Shown piece after piece: positions 20,956 to 24,000 of a DNA stretch of 24,000 bases; the stretch's first letter is position 1; every line of letters begins with the position of its first letter. The position numbers and the translations under genes are program-made. The notes under the pieces are model-generated. The model did not search any database, was not told the origin of the DNA, and saw only the letters and a program-made list of their open reading frames with translations. Origin of the DNA: Actinoplanes sp. NPDC049265 (lineage in GTDB: Bacteria; Actinomycetota; Actinomycetes; Mycobacteriales; Micromonosporaceae); assembly GCF_043197135.1 (NCBI RefSeq), contig NZ_JBICSP010000016.1, forward strand, positions 77,425 through 101,424, written 5' to 3'.

Positions 20956-22086
20956 TCAGAGCAGACGTACGGCGGCGGCCATCCACCTCCTGCCCTGCAG
21001 CTCCATCCGCAGGGCGAGCGCGCATGTGCGCTCACCCGTCAGCAGCAGAACCGTGGCTTCGACGGCACCCGGTCGCGGCTCGCAGAAGTGAAACTTCAGC
21101 ACATCCACCGCACCCCGCCTCCGCGGAAGCTCCCGCATCGCCGCCGCCCGCCCCACCCCGCTTTCCGCACCCGGCGTCGGCCGCGCCGCTCCGCGTTCCG
21201 CACCTGGCGTCACCCGGCCCGGTCCGCGAGCGGCCTGCCCTGCCCTTGGCGATGCTGGTCCGGCGCTCTGAGCTGGCCGTGAGCCACTCATAACGCGCAC
21301 GGCCCGCACCTCCGGCGAACCGTTGGCCGGCGGCGTGCAACCACCCCGATGCACGCCGCCGTGTTCGCGACCACCGATCGATCCCATGCCGTCCCCGAGC
21401 GCGGCATGGGATCCGCCCGATGCGTGGCTGATGCCCGGAACGGGCGTGGTGCCGACGCTCGATGGCCGGCCGGTGCCCGAGCTGTTGACGCTCGGTGGCC
21501 GACCGCTGCCCGAGCTGCCGATGCCCGGTGGCTGGCCGGTGCCCGAGCTGTTGACGCTCGGCGGCTGGCCGGCGCCCGGAGCCGGAGCGTCACCCACGCG
21601 GTAGGCCGGACGGGCTCCGGTTACGACTTGGCGGCGGTCACTCACCACCTGGCGGCGTAAGCGTGGGCCGCCGGTCGGGCCCGCGTCGCCGCGGAGGGCC
21701 GAGACGCGGTTGGTGCCGGAGACGGCCTCGCTGACCACGTTGGTGGCTTCTCGCGGGACGGCCATGCGGGCCAGGTGGGCCGCGGGACGGTAGCCGTTCA
21801 GCACCTCGACGAACATCTGCGCGAACAGGCGCACCGCCAGCTTGGCGTCGCCGGCCGTTCCGGCGGTCACCTTGGCCGCGGCGACCTTGCGTGTCAGCTG
21901 CTCGGCCGCGGGTGTCGGAGGCGGCTGGCGTGTTCTGCTCGGAGCCGGCCAGTCGAGCGCGAGCTGGTTTGCCGTTTCCCACCGTCTCGGCTCGAGTTCG
22001 TCGTCGTAGGGCGGGTCGCAACTCGGCAGCGATCGCACCCGGATCTGCGGTCGCGGGCCGGGCGGAGCCATCTCGACCGTCGTCAT
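20956..22086 (-). CDS. Rv3235-family protein (conserved actinobacterial, secA-linked) with a long internal low-complexity insertion
   Basis: The N-terminal PPYDDE motif and FAQMFVEVLNGYRPAAHL, plus the C-terminal ...FCEPRPGAVEATVLLLTGERTCALALRMELQGRRWMAAAVRLL, match the Rv3235 family as I remember it. ATG 22086 was chosen because the region upstream is visibly lower in GC and looks non-coding. Confidence 0.7.
   Translation of the reverse strand: MTTVEMAPPGPRPQIRVRSLPSCDPPYDDELEPRRWETANQLALDWPAPSRTRQPPPTPAAEQLTRKVAAAKVTAGTAGDAKLAVRLFAQMFVEVLNGYRPAAHLARMAVPREATNVVSEAVSGTNRVSALRGDAGPTGGPRLRRQVVSDRRQVVTGARPAYRVGDAPAPGAGQPPSVNSSGTGQPPGIGSSGSGRPPSVNSSGTGRPSSVGTTPVPGISHASGGSHAALGDGMGSIGGREHGGVHRGGCTPPANGSPEVRAVRVMSGSRPAQSAGPASPRAGQAARGPGRVTPGAERGAARPTPGAESGVGRAAAMRELPRRRGAVDVLKFHFCEPRPGAVEATVLLLTGERTCALALRMELQGRRWMAAAVRLL
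21430..21594. repeat. 33-bp (11-codon) tandem repeat inside the Rv3235-family gene: 3 good copies (21463-21561) flanked by degenerate copies
   Basis: The units TGGCCGGCCGGTGCCCGAGCTGTTGACGCTCGG, TGGCCGACCGCTGCCCGAGCTGCCGATGCCCGG and TGGCTGGCCGGTGCCCGAGCTGTTGACGCTCGG encode SVNSSGTGQPP-like repeats on the minus strand. Confidence 0.9.
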
Positions 22087-22307
22087 GTCGCGCCACCAAA
22101 CCTTTCGTTTGCCTACGTTTGCTTCCGAGAACCAAGCTTCCCGTGCGACCTCCATCGGGTCAACGCCTGTGGATAACTCCCGGTGTATCGGCCATAAGCC
22201 TGCGAAAAAGGACGGTGAAAGAGCGGCGATCGCGGCAGGAGTGGGGAGGGGCGGTAAGGGTGAGGGGGTTAGCCGCGACCGGTGGCACAAGGGAGAAAAG
22301 ACTTAGC

Positions 22308-22349
22308 GAGGAACGAGGAACGAGGAACGAGGAACGAGGAACGAGGAAC
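22308..22349. repeat. Heptamer microsatellite (GAGGAAC)x6, perfect
   Basis: Counted directly: copies at 22308, 22315, 22322, 22329, 22336 and 22343. Confidence 0.97.
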
Positions 22350-22500
22350 GCAGGGCGCGCGGGGGCGCGGGGCGAGGAACGCGGGGCGCGCGGGGGCGCG
22401 GGAGAGGAACGAGGGGCGAGGAACGCGGGGGCGCGGGGGCGCGGGAGAGGAACGAGGGGCGAGGAACGCGGGGGCGCGGGGCGAGGAACGCGGGGCGCGG
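22350..22500. repeat. GC-rich higher-order repeat (43-bp period) carrying six further GAGGAAC copies interleaved with GCGGGGGCGCGG-type motifs
   Basis: GAGGAAC occurs at 22374, 22404, 22418, 22447, 22461 and 22483. GGGAGAGGAACGAGGGGCGAGGAACGCGGGGGCGCGG recurs at 22400 and 22443. Confidence 0.85.
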
Positions 22501-22651
22501 GTCAGGGGCCGCGGGTCCGGGGCGCGAGGCGCGAGCTCCGGGATCCGGGGCGCGATGCGCGAGAGTCCGGGGGCTGGCCCGGGGGCGCTCACGCGCGGAA
22601 GGTGAAGTCATGCCGCCGGCGGGCAGGCGGTGCCGGGTGAAACCGCGGCGA

Positions 22652-22900
22652 CTATTCAGCCTCGGGGCTGGTCAGCGGATTCTTGGTTACCCAGTCGGCC
22701 GTCTCGGCGTACTTCTGCTCGATGTATTCCTCGAGCTTGGCCCGCTCAACCCGCCACTGACCGCGCCCGCCGATCTTGATTGCGGGCAGTTCTCCGCTGC
22801 GGACCATGTGGTAGACCTGCGAGTCTGACACGTTCAGCTCGGCCGCCACGTCGGACAGCAGCATGAACCTGGACTCCACCGGCCCGTCTCCTCGCATCAA
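22652..22900 (-). CDS. Small helix-turn-helix DNA-binding protein (excisionase/MerR-like HTH_17 type, conserved actinobacterial)
   Basis: LLSDVAAELNVSDSQVYHMVRSGELPAIKIGGRGQWRVERAKLEEYI is the excisionase-family HTH signature. Possible starts are TTG 22900, ATG 22897 and ATG 22864. Confidence 0.75.
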   Translation of the reverse strand: MMRGDGPVESRFMLLSDVAAELNVSDSQVYHMVRSGELPAIKIGGRGQWRVERAKLEEYIEQKYAETADWVTKNPLTSPEAE

Positions 22901-22922
22901 ATCCGCTTACCCAAGTTTGCCA

Positions 22923-22948
22923 CCGTTTACCCCCGATGGCGTAAACGG
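22923..22948. other. Inverted repeat CCGTTTAC-N10-GTAAACGG between the Lrp-gene stop and the HTH-gene start
   Basis: Read directly from the sequence. It could be a terminator for the Lrp/AsnC gene or an operator for the HTH gene. Confidence 0.4.
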
Positions 22949-22961
22949 ACTTGACGCAAGA

Positions 22962-23402
22962 CTAGTCTACGGTGACGGCGCGCCCGGTGAGTGGGCTGGA
23001 GTAGACCACGCTGGTGGTGACCGAGCCGAGCCCCCCGATCCGCCCCGCGACCTCCTCGAGATGCCGCATCGATCGCGCCAGCACCTTGAGCACGAAGCAG
23101 TCCTCGCCCGTCACATGATGCGCCTCGACGATCTCTGGCGTGCTGTCGAGCAGCGCGTGGAACGGCCGGTAGTTGCCCGTCGGGTACCGCAGCCGCACGA
23201 ACGCCATCACGCCCAGCCCGACCTGCTCCGGCGCGATCACCGCCCGATAGCCGGCGATGACTCCCGCCTCCTCCAGCCGCCGCACCCGCTCGGCCACCGC
23301 ACTCGGCGACATCGACACGACCCGGGCCAGATCGGCGAAGCTGGCCCGCCCATCCTCCTGCAGCGCGCCGAGCAGAGCCCAATCCGTTCGATCCACGGTC
23401 AT
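22962..23402 (-). CDS. Lrp/AsnC-family transcriptional regulator
   Basis: The N-terminal HTH reads D..LL..LQEDGRASFADLARVVSMSPSAVAERVRRLEEAGVI.GY. The C-terminal RAM/AsnC_trans_reg domain reads ...AFV.L........F......PEIVEAHHVTGEDCFVLKV.A. Confidence 0.9.
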   Translation of the reverse strand: MTVDRTDWALLGALQEDGRASFADLARVVSMSPSAVAERVRRLEEAGVIAGYRAVIAPEQVGLGVMAFVRLRYPTGNYRPFHALLDSTPEIVEAHHVTGEDCFVLKVLARSMRHLEEVAGRIGGLGSVTTSVVYSSPLTGRAVTVD

Positions 23403-23495
23403 CGCGCCAACCTACCGTCGATCCCCCGGCCAAACCACGGTCAGACGCTAGCCTTCCTATGCCAATCCCCAGATCAACCCCATAATTTGGTACGC

Positions 23496-24000
23496 ATGAA
23501 AGCAACCGATTTCTTCGCCGCCCGCCTCGCCTTCCAGACCGACGTGTCCGACGTACACGCCGCCTTGTCAACCGCGACCGTCCGCCTGGTCGACACCCGA
23601 AGCACCCAGGCCTGGACCCAGGCCCACATCCCCGGCGCGATCCGCCTGGCCGACCTCCCGGCCGACGACGGAACGCCGGTCGTCACCTACTGCTGGGGCC
23701 CCGGCTGCAACGGCGCGACCAAGGCAGCCTTGGCTCTGGCCCGGCGCGGCTACGCCGTTCGCGAAATGCTCGGCGGCATCGAGTACTGGATCCGCGAGGG
23801 CTTCCCGGTCGTCACCCCCACCGGCGAGTCCCGCCGCACCCCCGACCCCCTAACCGTCCCGACCCTGACGCCCCCAAGCCCAGCACGGCCGAGCGCAACG
23901 TCGGCGGCGCGTGGGATGGACGTGGGCGTGGCGCCGCCAAGCGCAACGTCGGCGGCGCATGGGATGGACGTGAGCGTGGCGCCGCCAAGCCCAACGTCGG
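23496..24000 (+). CDS. Single-domain rhodanese-like protein; the frame stays open to the window end through a tandem repeat, so the 3' end is undetermined
   Basis: This ORF is absent from the track because no stop is reached. My own translation from ATG 23496 is MKATDFFAARLAFQTDVSDVHAAL...VRLVDTRSTQAWTQAHIPGAIRL...VVTYCWGPGCNGATKAALALARRGYAVREMLGGIEYWIREGFPVV, a rhodanese fold with a CWGPGCNG active-site loop. It is divergent from the Lrp/AsnC gene. Confidence 0.75.
   Translation, partial: MKATDFFAARLAFQTDVSDVHAALSTATVRLVDTRSTQAWTQAHIPGAIRLADLPADDGTPVVTYCWGPGCNGATKAALALARRGYAVREMLGGIEYWIREGFPVVTPTGESRRTPDPLTVPTLTPPSPARPSATSAARGMDVGVAPPSATSAAHGMDVSVAPPSPTS
23893..24000. repeat. 48-bp tandem repeat (at least 2.25 copies, truncated by the window end)
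   Basis: GCGCAACGTCGGCGGCGCGTGGGATGGACGTGGGCGTGGCGCCGCCAA at 23893 is repeated at 23941 with 3 substitutions, and again from 23989. Confidence 0.9.

Noticed and set aside
22652-22900. Excisionase-like HTH as a marker of a prophage or integrative element
   Set aside because: There is no integrase, att-like repeats, tRNA or phage genes nearby. This small HTH is, to my knowledge, a conserved chromosomal neighbour of the Rv3235-family and secA region in actinobacteria.
23812-23994. 60-aa minus-strand ORF with repeated APRSRPSHAPPTLR units
   Set aside because: It is just the reverse reading of the 48-bp tandem repeat, with no start context or domain.

Overview
High-GC actinobacterial chromosomal segment; a Micromonosporaceae/Actinoplanes-like origin is only an impression from the proteins. 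Almost all of it is a conserved housekeeping backbone that matches the gene order known from Mycobacterium tuberculosis Rv3257c-Rv3235. That order is manB, Trm112-like, SIS-domain isomerase-like and manA, then mtrA-mtrB-lpqB, a comF-like phosphoribosyltransferase, hpf, secA, an Rv3235-family protein and a small HTH protein. Several blocks look lineage-specific. A CDF transporter is stitched into the man operon. A lipoprotein, an XRE(DUF5753)/DUF397 pair and an efeUOB iron-uptake operon preceded by IdeR/DtxR-type iron boxes lie between manA and mtrA. A double-GNAT acetyltransferase sits opposite secA. A divergent Lrp/AsnC-rhodanese pair lies at the right edge. I found no rRNA, tRNA, CRISPR array, transposase, integrase or recognisable defence or toxin module, and no convincing novel multi-gene system. 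The unusual content is at the sequence level. (1) A ~232-nt tract of nearly pure G/C homopolymers (runs up to 28 C) sits in frame inside lpqB; it is either an assembly artefact or a hypermutable poly-Pro linker. (2) There are four separate tandem-repeat arrays: 21-bp x4-6, GAGGAAC x12 with a 43-bp higher-order repeat, 33-bp x3-5 inside the Rv3235-family gene, and 48-bp at the window edge. (3) A lower-GC ~530-bp structured intergenic region carries a minus-strand intrinsic terminator. (4) A ~650-bp gene-free, A-poor degenerate-repeat region lies downstream of secA and is bracketed by strong hairpins. Most long ORFs in the track that are antisense or in alternative frames are high-GC artefacts.
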